A DNA stretch of 64,000 nt from NCBI RefSeq assembly GCF_000150275.1, contig NW_002060974.1, positions 341,744 to 405,743 on the forward strand, read 5' to 3'. The notes beneath the pieces were generated by a model. That model was not told where the DNA came from, did not search any database, and saw only the letters and a list, made by a program, of their open reading frames with translations. Below are positions 40,601 through 54,800 of this stretch, piece by piece; positions within the stretch are counted from its first letter, which is position 1; each line of letters opens with the position of its first letter. A program made the translations under genes and the position numbers. The DNA comes from Trichoplax adhaerens. Taxonomy: Eukaryota; Animalia; Placozoa.

Positions 40601-43259
40601 TATTATATCAATTTACCGTTCTGTCTTCAATTTAATTGCTGTTGCTGTATCCAGTAATCTTAATTTGAAAAATTTCAGATATTTTTGTCTGCTATCTGAT
40701 TGATATATATGACATAGACTAGCACTAGTGATGGCGTCCGTGTCCGATGATAAGAATTGATCTATATAAAACTAGTAAGACTTTGATAACGACCGAATCA
40801 GTAATTGTTTACTCTCGCGGTATATATTGTTTAGTAAATATAATAGAAGTGTTAATGCTTTCGTATGAATTTAGTCCATACTAAGGGGCTATGCAATGTG
40901 CCGATGCATTCAGAAATAGTAACAGGTTATACGATAAGAATAATCTTCTTAATCGGGAAGCTTCTGCACCCGATACAGGAACAGTAGCTTTATAATGTTA
41001 TTTCACTACATAACATTATGTAGATAAGTAATACAGTATTATAACATGTAACGGTATGCATATATGTTATTTACTCTAATCAAGTATATATGTAACATAT
41101 ATAATACTTTGCTATTGATCATATTGAGGGCGGAAATTAATTTATATGTTTGGATCTATAGTTTAATATATGTAATTGATGAAGTACAGTAACAGGCCAG
41201 ACGTCATTCCATTGATGGATGGATGTTCTATCTTAGAATAAGCTGCTCACATATTGCATAACGACATCAAACGGTTCATTTTTAAAAAGAACTTGAAAGA
41301 GAACTTAATCTAAGTTCTAGACTAATTTAAATCATAAAATATCTACTTCTGCTATCGATTTAGAATATTAAATAGGGTATTCATCTCTCAACAAATACGT
41401 CCGTTAGTAATTAGGAATTACAAATATTTTAATGATATTCAACAAGTTAAAGAGCAGGCGAACTTTATCGGTTTTTAGTTGCAGTTCTAGGTGATAGCCT
41501 TTAGTTAAAGGTATATCACCGTAATGAGGGATAGCAAATTTGTTTTTGATTAGATGATAGAACTATAGCACTGGTACTACTCTGAATTTTATCCTACAGA
41601 CAATTTTTATCGATATGTATACTATTCTACCGTACTATTGGCTTTTTTAGCTCAATTTTCACAATTTAGTACTACTCGTCTAACCGATTACTCAACTCGC
41701 TTTTTATATAGATGTTACGGAGCTTGATGCTCCTTGCGTATAACTAGTAGTAATTTACGATAGTAGAATAACTGTAATGATATACTGTATTGCACAATTA
41801 TATAATTTAACGTGAAAGATTAGCACCGGGGTTATTTGTGTGACATATGAAATTGTATATAAGCTTGATGTCACAAAACAGCTTTGCAACAAGATAACGT
41901 AATGTACGATTAATAAGTCAATTCCTTGAACCACGTATCAAGGAATGATATCTGCACTATCAGAAACACTTTCGCTCTACTAGCAGCCTACACAAAGACT
42001 TAAACGCCTCGTATTTTACGTTAAATACTAAGTTTGAGAATCCACTTTATTACACGATATACTGCATTTATATACTATTCCTCAATAGTTCATGAGTCAT
42101 AGTTAATACGATTAACATTGGAATCATTTACTGAATTAGATATTAATTTTAGCTACTGCTCCCTTAATGCAGACTACAGTATTTACGAACATAGACATGT
42201 GATGACTAATACAGAATAGTCAGATTACGATATGTCCTATCACGGAACATTTCCACGATAATTTACAATCTACCAAAAGTAAGTTACAGTCACAATGATT
42301 TGAACTGCAAGTAGATGATTTGCATTCCCTATTGTAACTATTAATTTCAGTATGTGTATATGTGTCACTGTCATAAAAAGTCAGTGCTATATTAAAATAC
42401 AGTATATCCAAATTAGAAGTTAACTAAATAAGGATAGGCTAAGGATTATCCTAACATAGATACTTCTACTCTAATACAGTATTTAACACTGTCACACTTG
42501 ATTATTAATTTTTAATCTCAGTTCCACTGAGGTTAACGTAGAGTACACTGGTACTAACGTAAACGGGCTAGTAATAAATATATTTATTAACCTAAACCTA
42601 TCGTTTGACTCGATTACTATAGTATAGGAATAAGTAAGTTTTCCCTTACTGAGGATCTCCGGAGTTAGTTGGAGAACCATAAGAGTAGATAGATTAGTTT
42701 AGGTACGATTACCAAAGATGTTTTGTGACAACAGAACATACTTTAATAAAGTAATTAATTAATAAGGTTTACGCTTTGAGTTCGCCGTTGTCACACTCGC
42801 ATTTACATTAATTAGTAACAGACTTATAAGTGTCTTCAGGTGTCGATTAAATCCAGTTAATTAGATAAAGTAGAAAATAATGCAAAAGTTAAAGTTATAG
42901 GAAATGCACCCAAATCCTCACTTCATTATTGCTTTCTTCTTGGCGAATAGAAAGAAAAATTGGATAGAAAAATCAGCTATATGAATGAGCTGACCGTTGT
43001 GAAACTTGTAATAATAGATAAATTTAATATTAACATAGTCAAAATTTTATTTATTGCAATGTTACATCAATATCGTACGAAAAGAAATTAGTTTTGTCTG
43101 TTAATAAATTGTTACGATTAATTTATTTGTTATAAAGATTGGACGGATTTATGAACATTAGAATATAGAAAATAGATTCCACTGCCGTGAACATTGATTG
43201 ATATTAAGAAATCTCGAAAAATTCCTTATTTAGTCTTATCTAGCGTTTATAACAAATCA

Positions 43260-43596
43260 CTAGCCGCTAGGTTGTGTTACACTTCTAGCTTTATTTTCTA
43301 GTTTAAGCCCAAACTCTTTAACAACTCTAGTCCTATTTTTTTTAATAAATCACAAAGCTGTATAAAATCTTTGCCATCATGTCGATTACTCAAGATATTT
43401 CAAAGATGGCTTGCTCGATTCTCTCGATGCGGAAGAGCTTTTATATTATTAACATCTCTTTCGCTCAATATAGCAGACGAAACTAACGAGTGTAATAGAT
43501 CATCCGTAGGTTCGACTTCAATAAATTCTTGGGCATAACTGCTAAACACGGAACGCAATTGTGATTTTGATATCTCTTCATTTGTTGTTGGTGAAT
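43260..43596 (-). pseudogene. Disrupted death-fold (CARD-like) exon
   Basis: 'LRSVFSSYAQEFIEVEPTDDLLHSLVSSAILSERDVNNIKALPHRENRASHL*NILSNRHDGKDFIQLCDLLKK'. In-frame TGA at 43400-43402 and a probable 1-nt deletion in the 8-nt homopolymer at 43336-43343 (adding one base gives NRTRVVKEFGLKLENKA). Confidence 0.65.
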
Positions 43597-45891
43597 CTAC
43601 ATTTGGGTGGAATAAATCAATTGTATGATGAAGAAGGCTAAAATTAAATCTATTAAGAATAATCAGTCTAAATATCATCCCAGTATATAAAATTTATTAA
43701 CTGCATTTAAGAGCTTGTTACAGACTATAAATTAATTCGATATGACCCTTGCATTGCAGTAACATCCATAGTTTGATCAATTGAACTACAATTTTAAATT
43801 TAGATGTGTTTAATTCAATTCTTCAGATTTTACTTGAGTTTATCTCCGAAAAAAATACGTACAAATTATCATTATATAACTGTGATATGGTTAACGACGA
43901 TATATTGTTAGTACTATCAGTAGATATAGACAGTAGATCTAATTTAATCTGATTATTGCGTTGGCTGCCACAATCTACTGTGGCTTTGCAATAAGATAAC
44001 GTTAAATTCAAGCTCAATTACCAATCATATTACAAAGCATACTCTGTAAATATAAATACTCTTTTGAAGTACTGTAGTTACAAATATTAGTATTAGTATC
44101 GCAAGAATGAAGTTATATTCTATTGCCTATTTCATTCAGGTGCATTTATAAGCGTGAGATCCTGATAGGACTATATTGATGTTTAATCTAAATTACGGTA
44201 TAAGTATACTAATTACGGCAATTAATAAATTTACCATGACATAATCATAATCTTGGCCATCATTACTTGTGTTTTTTTCTAGATCTGGTAAGCTCAGCTA
44301 AATTACAAGCAAAATTTGTGGTTCTGGGTCATACTACAAATATCCGATCTCAATTATCCTATAAGAGTATTAAATTTATCTAACGTACTATTTCTAATTC
44401 GCCTTGGCTTGTGTCGTGATATTATATATGTTGTTGGAAGGTAAATGCTTTGAATATTTAGTACTAATACAAGTGCAGGTAACAGACCAGTAATGAAAGC
44501 TTGAAAATCTTCCACCACTTTGTTAAAGGAACAAATATAATGGCTACATTGCTACAAATGTTCGCTCTCATAATTTAGAATTGAAGAATAATTCAAAATC
44601 TAACAGTTTTTCAGTAAATTTCAGTTACTAACTGGCATTCTAATAAGAATAGTCTGCTCTTCTCAAACTAGTTACCTATCTAATTTAATCATACGAAGAA
44701 ACATACGAAGAATCACAGTTGTTATTAATCATGATGATTCATTAAATTAAATCAAATTGCTTCGTTTGCCATATTTACTATCTATCACTGGGAAGCTTTT
44801 GCATATCAGCCGTTGCATAACTTTCATCAGATAACTCATCCAAAAGTGCTTTAATTATAATGATTCATGTGTGATACTTTGCAAACTTTTATCATACTTT
44901 CTAAGTATTAATAACTAATGTTTAAGTAGCAATACTATGTAAATTGATTGATTTTCAATAAATCTTGGATTCAGCCTTCAGTCTTGCCTAGAGAAAGACA
45001 TATAGTTTACTACAACTACCTGGCGATAGCATTATTGTTAGTATTTGGATTTGTACTGAAGGAAAATGTTGGCGAATCAAACCTGACAACATGCTGGTGG
45101 TATTTGATCTACTATTTTTAGTTTAATTTCTTCGTTACAAGTTTCATTTGTGACATAATTAAGCAAAGTATAGCAGTGGCTAGTATATTAAGAATGTTGG
45201 CAAATTAACTACGATTAAATACGGTACTTATTAACATCATTTTTTGCAATACAGCATCTTGGGATTTTAAAGTAAAAGTAAACACCTTAATCATTTAACG
45301 AGATATCTAGTAGATTAAATATCTTTCGTCAGTTTGAATGCGGATGGTCTATAGATACTGTATGAGATCCTTTAGCAGCTTTTAAATACTGCGACTTTAC
45401 TCCTTATTTTAGCCATTCAGTATAATAAGCCATTAACAGAGCAGTACTAAGCGATAGCGTATAAGCCGGATATTCCTCCACGTCGAACTATTTCGCTTAT
45501 ACAGCACTTTATCGTGAGTTAGTCGATATCGAATTCAAATTACGAATAGTTAGAAACAGAAAATATATTATTGTTTGTCTCATACGCTATTAAAAGCCAA
45601 TAATGTTCTCAGTAACATGACAGTGATTAGTTTTACTCTTTTAACCGTCGAAATTTCTGCTCTGTAGCATGTAAAGAAATCATCATAGTGCAACAGATAA
45701 ACATTAATGTTCATTGATTAAGGATTTTAAATAAGTAAATATGCAAATACAGATTGAACGCTCGAAGATGCGATTTTCAATGTTCTTTGCAAGATTTATT
45801 ATCTAGCTTACACTAATCATTAGTCGTTCAGATTGTACGACGATTGGATTAACATGACTTTAATGACTCAGATTTCTCTTTCTGATATTTT

Positions 45892-48800
45892 TCACTCTTT
45901 CAATATTAATTCGATTTGATCTGCTATGTCGTTGACTCCAACCTTACGTAATGCTGAAATTACTTCCTTATGATCAGCATCTTGGCCTTTCTTTTGCTTC
46001 CACAACTCTAGTACTCGATATTTTTTTTCGTAATCACTATCAATTTTAGTGCTTGATACAATTTCATTTATCTCATTATATGTTAAATGTAATGAAATTC
46101 CCAATTGAAATAATTTACTTATAGGAAGTTTCGTAGCGATCATGTCGAAGTACGTCCTAAAAAGTTCTTCTATATTAAAACACAGTTGATAGTATTAGTA
46201 AATTAGATCCATTTGATTCTCCCAGCTTATAATTAGGTCTAAATAGTATCATTGATAGTCATTATCTTCAACAATTTCACCTCATCACAACCGTACATCA
46301 AACTGGTATGCTAGTTTATAAAGCAAACTGTTACTAATACTACCTGTTAACAAACGCTAATGTCAGTATGAAAATAAATTTACATACAATGAGCCATTAT
46401 AATAAATCATTGGAAGTGTACATTAAAAGCTATTGCATACTGTATCATAAAATATTTATTTCTTGATAATGACAAAGTTTTACATTTCTCATACTATTAT
46501 AACAATTATAAATTGTTGAGAGATGAAATAAAGACCGTAAATTTTTTTTAAAATATCAAGTAAGTATACGCGTGTTACCTTGTCTACTCGAGGTTATTGG
46601 TATTTGATGTTTCTGTTGGACTTGTTGCGGTTGATCTAGATAATATAGTTTCGTTACATTAGATCTTTTAAAACCGAAGATTGTAATTTTCCGTAACCAA
46701 TTAACGGACGATCAAAATTTTGATTAGATAAATACAATCACTTCTTATTCATACAATAAATTATTATAGTTCAATAAATGGTGAGGTTTATTCAGTAAAC
46801 GTAGAGTAAGTTATAAGCCTTGTCCTACAAAAAAGCCCTTTACTACATGATCTATCAATCAAAATTACTAAAATATCTGACATATACAGTTCTGGGTGAT
46901 TTTAAAGCGCTCAAACTAGATAAGCTTTACTAAAATTGTAACGCTGTATGTGGTCGGAGTTATCCTAATATTAAAAATCTATTTAAGACCACAACAATGA
47001 TGAATAAAGCGCTTTTAGTGGTTTCTCCAAGTTCTTCGTGTGTTACACTGACTACTATAGTTGGTTAGGGATCGCTAAAGAAAGCGTCGTTCCTTTTTTA
47101 GTAGATTGCCTAGTGCCTTCACTCTAGATTGGTTCTAGTCTTTATTACTGGCGTAACGATATAGCAGTACTAGTGATAAGAGAGAAAATATCTCTTCTCA
47201 CTGTGGTATTATACTTAGTGAAATTTTAATCTGTAAGAACTAGTTATAAACAAAAATAAAGATTAAGAATTGAATTTGAGCACTACAGATGAGGAAATGG
47301 CTCCTAGCTCGTTAAGCTAGACTATGAACTTTGAAGCAAGAATAAACACCTGCTATTTTGTAATAATAAAGCCAATTGGCTTATAAAGTGATGATCGAAA
47401 AATAGAAAAACTTGTTGCTAATAAATGTTGCTATGTACGTAGAGAATCATCGTCATTCATTCAGAAATGATACAAAATGCAACTATGTTCTATAAAACTA
47501 AATTAATAATCTCTCAAAATTGAAACGATACCGGCATTTGTTAGACTAGCATCAATATTCTTAAGCGTTAATCATATATTATCCATTTTAATCCTAACAT
47601 GCTTAGAATTGGCCAGTGATGATCGATTCATCAAGCCTGTCCAATTCTTGCAAACTCATTTCAATATTCTATTCTTATTGCAAGCGAACAATCGATAAAT
47701 GAAATCTACTGCAGTTTCATTATAATCGTAACTTATTAGTCAATTTGTAAACTGCGCCATTGGTATCCTATTTCTATATTCGTGAAGCTTTATATACTCT
47801 ATATCAGATAATAACTTGAAATACAACTATTAAGATGATTGATCGCGCGTTTGATTTTAGGTATGGTAATGAATATTGAGCAAATGAGTCAAAATAGAAG
47901 ATTATCTTGTTAGTGACTTGATAAAGAATAGTGTGATCGATAGTCTAAGCGGACTTACGATAGCTTTGCTGATTGTTATCTTGTCTTGTATTTTGAGTTT
48001 GAATTTGAGTTTGTAGTTCATCTTGATTGCCTTTGGATGAAAAAAATCAGAACACATTGGCTATTGCATAGAAGAATGCAATAGATGAAATTTTCGAATG
48101 TATGGTATGTTATTGTATAAGTTTGTAAATTTACAAATACCTAAGCTTTAAAATATCGGTAGCGATTTAGCTTACTGTCATATGTATGAGAAGATTATTG
48201 CAAGACTTGTTCTACATGTAACATTATGATCTTATATAGAAGATGCCTAGTATAGTAATATCCTAATATACGAATACTTATCATATACCGTTTAAGTACT
48301 GTATTGTATTACATTCATAATGTACGACATCATGACTACATATAGACGACATGCTATACATATAAAGACATTATCTCAATCCCATCTAAAACCTATAAAT
48401 ACCCTTGTACGCTAACTCGTTAGTCAGTTCCTACATTCCTGCTATCTCAAATACCTTATCTATAACAACCATATCATTGTTAGTCTGTAACTTGTATCTC
48501 AATAAAATCCTTTATACCTTCTATCATCGTCTACCTTAAAATACTTTACGCTACTTAAAGAAGATATCATTACACTACAGAGTAGAATCTGGCTTTCTAC
48601 GCTTTAGTAATACTTATAACAATCAAAATTCAAAACTATTCTAGATATTCATATTTAAGAATAAGCAAACTATTTGCAGAAAAAATTATAAAGTAGTGAC
48701 AACAAGGTAAGACTACTGAAAAAACTGAAAATTGTAAAGAAAAGTTTAGATTTGCTCTGCAACTGTTGTAGAGAAGCTTGTATTGCAAAGTACTGTTGGT

Positions 48801-51800
48801 GGGAAAGACGAAATTTTCGAATGTATGGAATGTTGCCACACAAGTTTGTGAATTGCAAATATCTAAGCATTAAAATATCAACATCGATATAGTTTACAGT
48901 CAGATATATAACTGATTGAGCCATGAGCTTAACGTTGAAGTTAAATTCTTACATGAAATCGAAATTAGTAATATATTAACAGATGAAAGCGCGGCTGCAT
49001 GTATTAGTCGTAGTGATAATTAGAGAATGGCATATATTCGAAACTTAATAGATCATGTACTAAAGTACCATACATAAACGATTGCATCGAGTAAAATTGA
49101 GAGTTCTTCTTACCAACAGTTTGTTTTTAGCTGCAGTTACAGCTTAGATTTTGTTGTAATAAAGCTTAATTCGATTTTAGATATCAAATTAGTCTGATCT
49201 AAGTATGCAACACTTCTGCATATTGACAGTAACTTTCAACTAACGTCTTGTAAATACGAGTATAATCTACGAACCATTATTTACTTATATTGCCCATTAC
49301 ATAATACTAGTTAAAATTATTTATCTAAATAAAACTTTAAAAATTGATATTAAATTATTGAATTATAGAATAATTTTAGTACAAGAATGATACAGCTAAA
49401 TATATTATAGTATCTACAGATAATGAATGAAGTTAAGTTACCAATAATTTAAATTAAAGCAAAGGTAATACCTTCATCTCCTTTTGATATAACCCTTCGC
49501 TTTTTGGATCGTGCTCGTGTATCTAAGATAAACGTAGCGTAATAAAATTACTGATTTCCATCACAATTCTGTATCTGATATTGAACTAAAATAATACTGC
49601 TCAAATACTATGAAGTTAATTTACCAATAATTTAAATTTAAATTAAAACAAACGTAATACCTTCATCTTCTGTGAGGGAAACCCTTCGCTTATTGAATGG
49701 TGCTTGCGCATCTGAAGATAGAGGGAGTGTAGCAAAATTACTTGATTTCTATCATAATTCTGAATGTATAATATAATATCAATCTAATACAACTAAATAC
49801 TCAGTTACGGTCTATCATCTGTGATGGAGATTAGTTTTTAGAATTCTCCTTCAAGTGTTTGTAATGTGATTATTCTAGCTTAGTTTTGGTATCGTTTTAA
49901 GTATTCTAGCTTTAAAAATATGACTTATCTGGCTGATTGCAACAGTAGATTTTACTTACTATAGTATCTTAGCATATTGTAAACCCGACTGCTTTATTCG
50001 GGTTGAAATTTAAGATAATTATTAGCATAATTGTTTTTAAAATTAGATGTCATAAGATTGTAATTCAAATTTTGTAATAGAATATATTTGTAGCTAATTT
50101 CGATCATTAATTACAGTAGAAGTTAATATCACTATGATTTCATACTGTATGAACCCGAATTTTCGATCTGGGTTCCAATTTAAGATTATTGCTTTGTCTT
50201 AGTATATACTGTCGCAATCTACAATTTTAAGCTAAACTATGATTATATTAATTTAGTAATTTAACTAGCTTGTTCAGTTCCTAATTTCGATCGTAATAGA
50301 CAGGCCTGCAACGAGGACTTATACCAATAGAGTATATTATAACATTAAAACTCTTCTAGTAGTTCTATCCTCGACAGTAATAGCAACTAGAGAAGTTTAA
50401 TCGCTCACAAAAAGAAGATATTTGTGACACAAGGGTATAATTTATCGTTATTGCGTGTGTTTGATTACTAGTATAATTTAGAGTACTTTAGAATGATAGT
50501 TAGGTAGTCTAATACCACTAACTACTCCGCGTAGCATATAAAAGGTGGCATAGTTCGATAGTCTAGTACAGCTGAAGATAGAAAAGACGAGAAAAGTCAA
50601 GGATAATCGCGAGTTATCTCATTGATAGTTTGGTTGGTTTAGGCGGTAGTTCTGCTCATATTTTGTTACTCATTTAAGAAATTTTGCTAAGATTGTTGTT
50701 GAAGTTATAATAAACTAGTGTTTCCCCTAATTTATTTTGTTTGGAATTCCATTATTAATAGCTTAATTTAACTTAGCTTTTTTCGTTCAATAATAACATC
50801 CATGAAATAAAATTTACAGTGGCACTACATTAACGTTAGGCGGATTACGTAAAAGTATTCTTTACACGTTACCCGTAACTTATGTCAACTTTGTGCAAAA
50901 TTCTTAACTAAAGCGAAGCATTTACTCTATTTTTGATAATTTTTGATAATTTTGATAAGGTTCAGCAGTAAATAATTCTTGTAGATTCTACAGCCCAGAT
51001 GCAATCTCGTTTCTACTGCAATAAAGTTACTAACTTCATTGAACTCTATATGATATTAATTAGTAATAGCATCACTGTGTAATAAAGCGTCTAACTTTAA
51101 GCAAAGACTTCCGTATCCTGAGAAATATACTTTAATTTAAAGAAGACTGTTGCAAAATACATTTTACTGAATAGAACTTGGCTTTTCACGCTTTGGTAGT
51201 ACTTGTAACGATCAAAATTCAAATGATTGCATACGGTCATATTTAAAAATAAACACATCATTGCAGAAAATTGTAAAATAGTGATAGCAAGATAAGACTA
51301 CTGAAAAACGGATGATTGTAAAGAAAAATTTCAGTTTACTCTGCAAGATTGCAGCAAATTTCGTATTGTAAAGTACCGTCCTGCAACGTAGGTGAAAATG
51401 GGGAAATTTTTGAATGTACGGAATGTTGTTACACAACTTTGTCAATTTGCAATTATCTAAGCTTTAAAAATATCGACATCGATATAGTTCACTGTCAGTT
51501 GCAAGAGCTAATTGCGCCGTGAGCTTAGCACTATAAAGAAAGCGGTTACAAGTATTAAGATGATTACGTCTTATTCTAAAATAGTATCGTACTTTATTAC
51601 TAATTTAAAGCTAATCATAACTTTATCAATAAACATATGTGATAGTTCATCATCTTTCTTTAGATTTTGCAATGGCTGAGCAGTACTGAGCAGCCTTAAG
51701 AATGACATGTAAATAGAAAAGTTAAAATCGATAGAACTTATAATTGACGATTCAATGTTTCTCTTTTTAACCAATGCTAACTTTTATCCGTAAATATCAT

Positions 51801-54800
51801 TAATATTCTTTCTTATCTCCACTAACACTTTAATCCAATATGATAAAAGTAGAGAAAAATTTCAGTTAGCTTGGCGCAATTTATGTATATGTAAAAAGTT
51901 TTTTACACAACTTAGCAAATTTAGTTTAATTAATTAAATTTGAACTTAGCATTAAAGTTCAATTCTGATACAGAATCAGAATTACTAATACATTAGTGTA
52001 TGTTGTTCCAATATCTACTACGATTCTGTTGTAATAAACCTTGGCAGCTACAACAGTTTTATTTGCAAAAAAACGGATCAACAGCTATTTACTTGATGCT
52101 ATACAGTACGTATAATAGAATATCTAATGTAGCAAGAATGAACTATTCTCTCTGAACTACATCGAGAATATTTCTCTTACTGAGCCGTAATTGTTGAAAG
52201 TGCAAGGGAAATCTGGTAGTAGGGTTAAAGAAAAAGTTCAGTCATCTACCCTATCAACGAAAATAGCTCGGTGAGATCTCTTTCTACTTCTGAATTCACG
52301 GTTTCATATCGTAAGTAAGTTTCCCGAACAAGTCATTAACTCATTATTGAACTATTAATTAACAACTGCTAACTACTAAAGTTACATTTAAGGATATCTT
52401 CAACGCTACGTACTGCCAGATAAGCATATATACAACGTAAAATAGAGATAATATACACGCCGCGAAAATTGACTTCCTTGACAGTGCCTGAGCACTTTTA
52501 ATTTGTTCAACTGTAGGTTTTCATGGAATGTACTACCGTAGTAGAGTTAATTAATTAGTTCCATTAAACTGACGGTATGAGAATTCTTTTCTTAGTTTTT
52601 GATATGACCACCAAAATCAAGCTTCTCTCAGCTAACCAACTGCGTGTTTTTTTTTATATAAGAAATGTTCCTAACATGTAGCATGACTACAAACGAAGAA
52701 CTATGTTGATTAGAATGAAAGGACTCTTGCGTTTTGAAACGACCAACAACCGAATAGTTCCGAATTGGAAAAATGCGAATTTAGGTTTTCAAAATAATTA
52801 GTGCTGCAATTGTTTCAAATATTCACGATGTAAAAACGTACTCAATAAATTTTATGGCTTTAATGACAACCACAAAAAAAATTTGAATCTTAACTTTACT
52901 GGCACTTCTTCAGTTTTCCAGTATGTACGCGTATTTTTCATATAAACCGGCCCAAAATGAGAAAATTTGCTACAAATAATAGTTGGCAGTAAATCTCAAC
53001 TCAATACTTCATCTTACCTGCTAATTCTTCTTCGAAAATCTGCCATTGATTCACTGATTCTTTTGGAACTTTAGTCATGCACTCGCTACATTTGATTTTA
53101 GCTGTTTTTTTTTTACAAAGCTTATTAGCAACATCGATCATTTCTTTACAATCCCTTCCACCGCATTTAAAATAAAATTGACATTTAGTAGAGTCAAATT
53201 TTGGCATTTTCTCTGCTATTACCTTTTTTAATTTATCTCGAATAATAAAGTGCGGCTTATGCCGACGAATTGATTTGGTAATACGTTTTTTACCAACCCT
53301 ACTTAATTTTTTCGATGAGGGCCCATAGCATAATTGCATTCCAATAAATGAGTCTTTTTTCTCGACAACTATCCTACATCTACAATCTTCCATATAAAAT
53401 ATTGCACAACGATCATGCGCTTCAACTTTAGGATTATTCCAAACTTTTAAACAGGCTGACAGATGACAATAAAATATTCCATCAGGTATATAGGGTATCT
53501 CGGTGCTATCATACCCTATATATAACCAATCTGATTTCCAATAATTTTCTCTTTTTACCTTGGCAGAAGAACGCAGCAAATAGGGTACGAAATAAAGGCG
53601 ATTAAGATCATCGCTGCTGTTATGATCCTTGTTTACATTCTCAATCTTACAAATTATACTGTAATGCTCCATCAATCTTAAAATATACTCTGTCTTCTTT
53701 TTATCCAGATTAAATTTTTTTATTACAAAATTGATACATTTTTCTGACAGTTTACCAGTTTTGGAAGCGTTTCTGATGAGTAAATTTACTTCCTCATTCT
53801 TACTTATACTCGCAGGTTCAATTGAGGACTTCGATGGATTGCCTAATTTTATAATCGATCGAAGTATATCGAGTAACCAATCAAGATTAGTTACAATTAT
53901 TCCATCTAATCCTTCTTCCTCACAAAACACGATGTCGCCTATATCATGTAAAAATCGTAACATATACCGAAATTTTTCATCGTCTTCGTATAAATTGTAA
54001 TTTTGAGATAACTGTTTGATTTCTTCAAATGTCATAATGTCACCTATCTTACTTATAATTTCATTATTCTGAGTTTCTACCGCAGCTGTTTTATTGTTCC
54101 GGGGATTTCCAATATGGAGTAATGATGTCATAATATACCATTTAACAGGAATCTTTTCTAGAGACAGCAAAGCTGTGGCAAATTTTTGGATGTAATCGTG
54201 GAGAACTTCACTAGTTTTACGACGTTGGTCAATGGATGCTGGAGTGTGATCTGTTGGTTTGCAGTGAAATATGATACGTGAGCTACATAAATTTTTCGCA
54301 AACGGAGGCATAGCTTTAGCCAAGGAATGGCTAAAATCATCAAATTTTTTTAAACGTTTTTTCTCATCCTTTATCAGATCGCCATGCGATGCGATCAAAA
54401 TTATAACCGGTAAATGAAATTCTTCTTCTTTTTCATCAATGGTGACTTTAACCTTGCCTGCATCATTATAACTACCAATCATTGATGTAAGCCATTCTTG
54501 CATGGCTTGTCTATAGGTCATAGTAATTTCATTGCCGTCACGATCGATAATATTGTCATCAAAAGTACGTGTAATATTGAACACTAGAATATAAAGGCTC
54601 TTTCCAGACAAAAATGGACGATGTGTTACATAATAGACAGCTTGGCCTCCAAAGTCGACGAATTTCCCGTATTGACTATCAACGTCAGTTTTCATCTTGT
54701 CCTCCAAACTTGTCTTTGTCAGAGCTTGTAATGGATCGTAGACAACATTACTCTCGTGATTTAATGCAGGCGTTGAGTTTGCGGATATAGCCCCTTCACC

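Noticed and set aside
38000-43000. Possible hidden gene between the arrestin and the CARD-like exon
   Set aside because: Only short low-information ORFs; no consistent exon chain found by eye.
43400-43402. TGA as selenocysteine or programmed readthrough
   Set aside because: No SECIS recognised, and a nearby probable frameshift favours decay or sequencing error.
46281-46310. 30-nt AG/GT-bounded candidate microexon on the minus strand
   Set aside because: Contains TGA TGA in the required phase; cannot be supported without reads.
48636-51774. Short hydrophobic ORFs resembling each other
   Set aside because: They derive from an intronic repeat family, and the frames are not conserved between copies.
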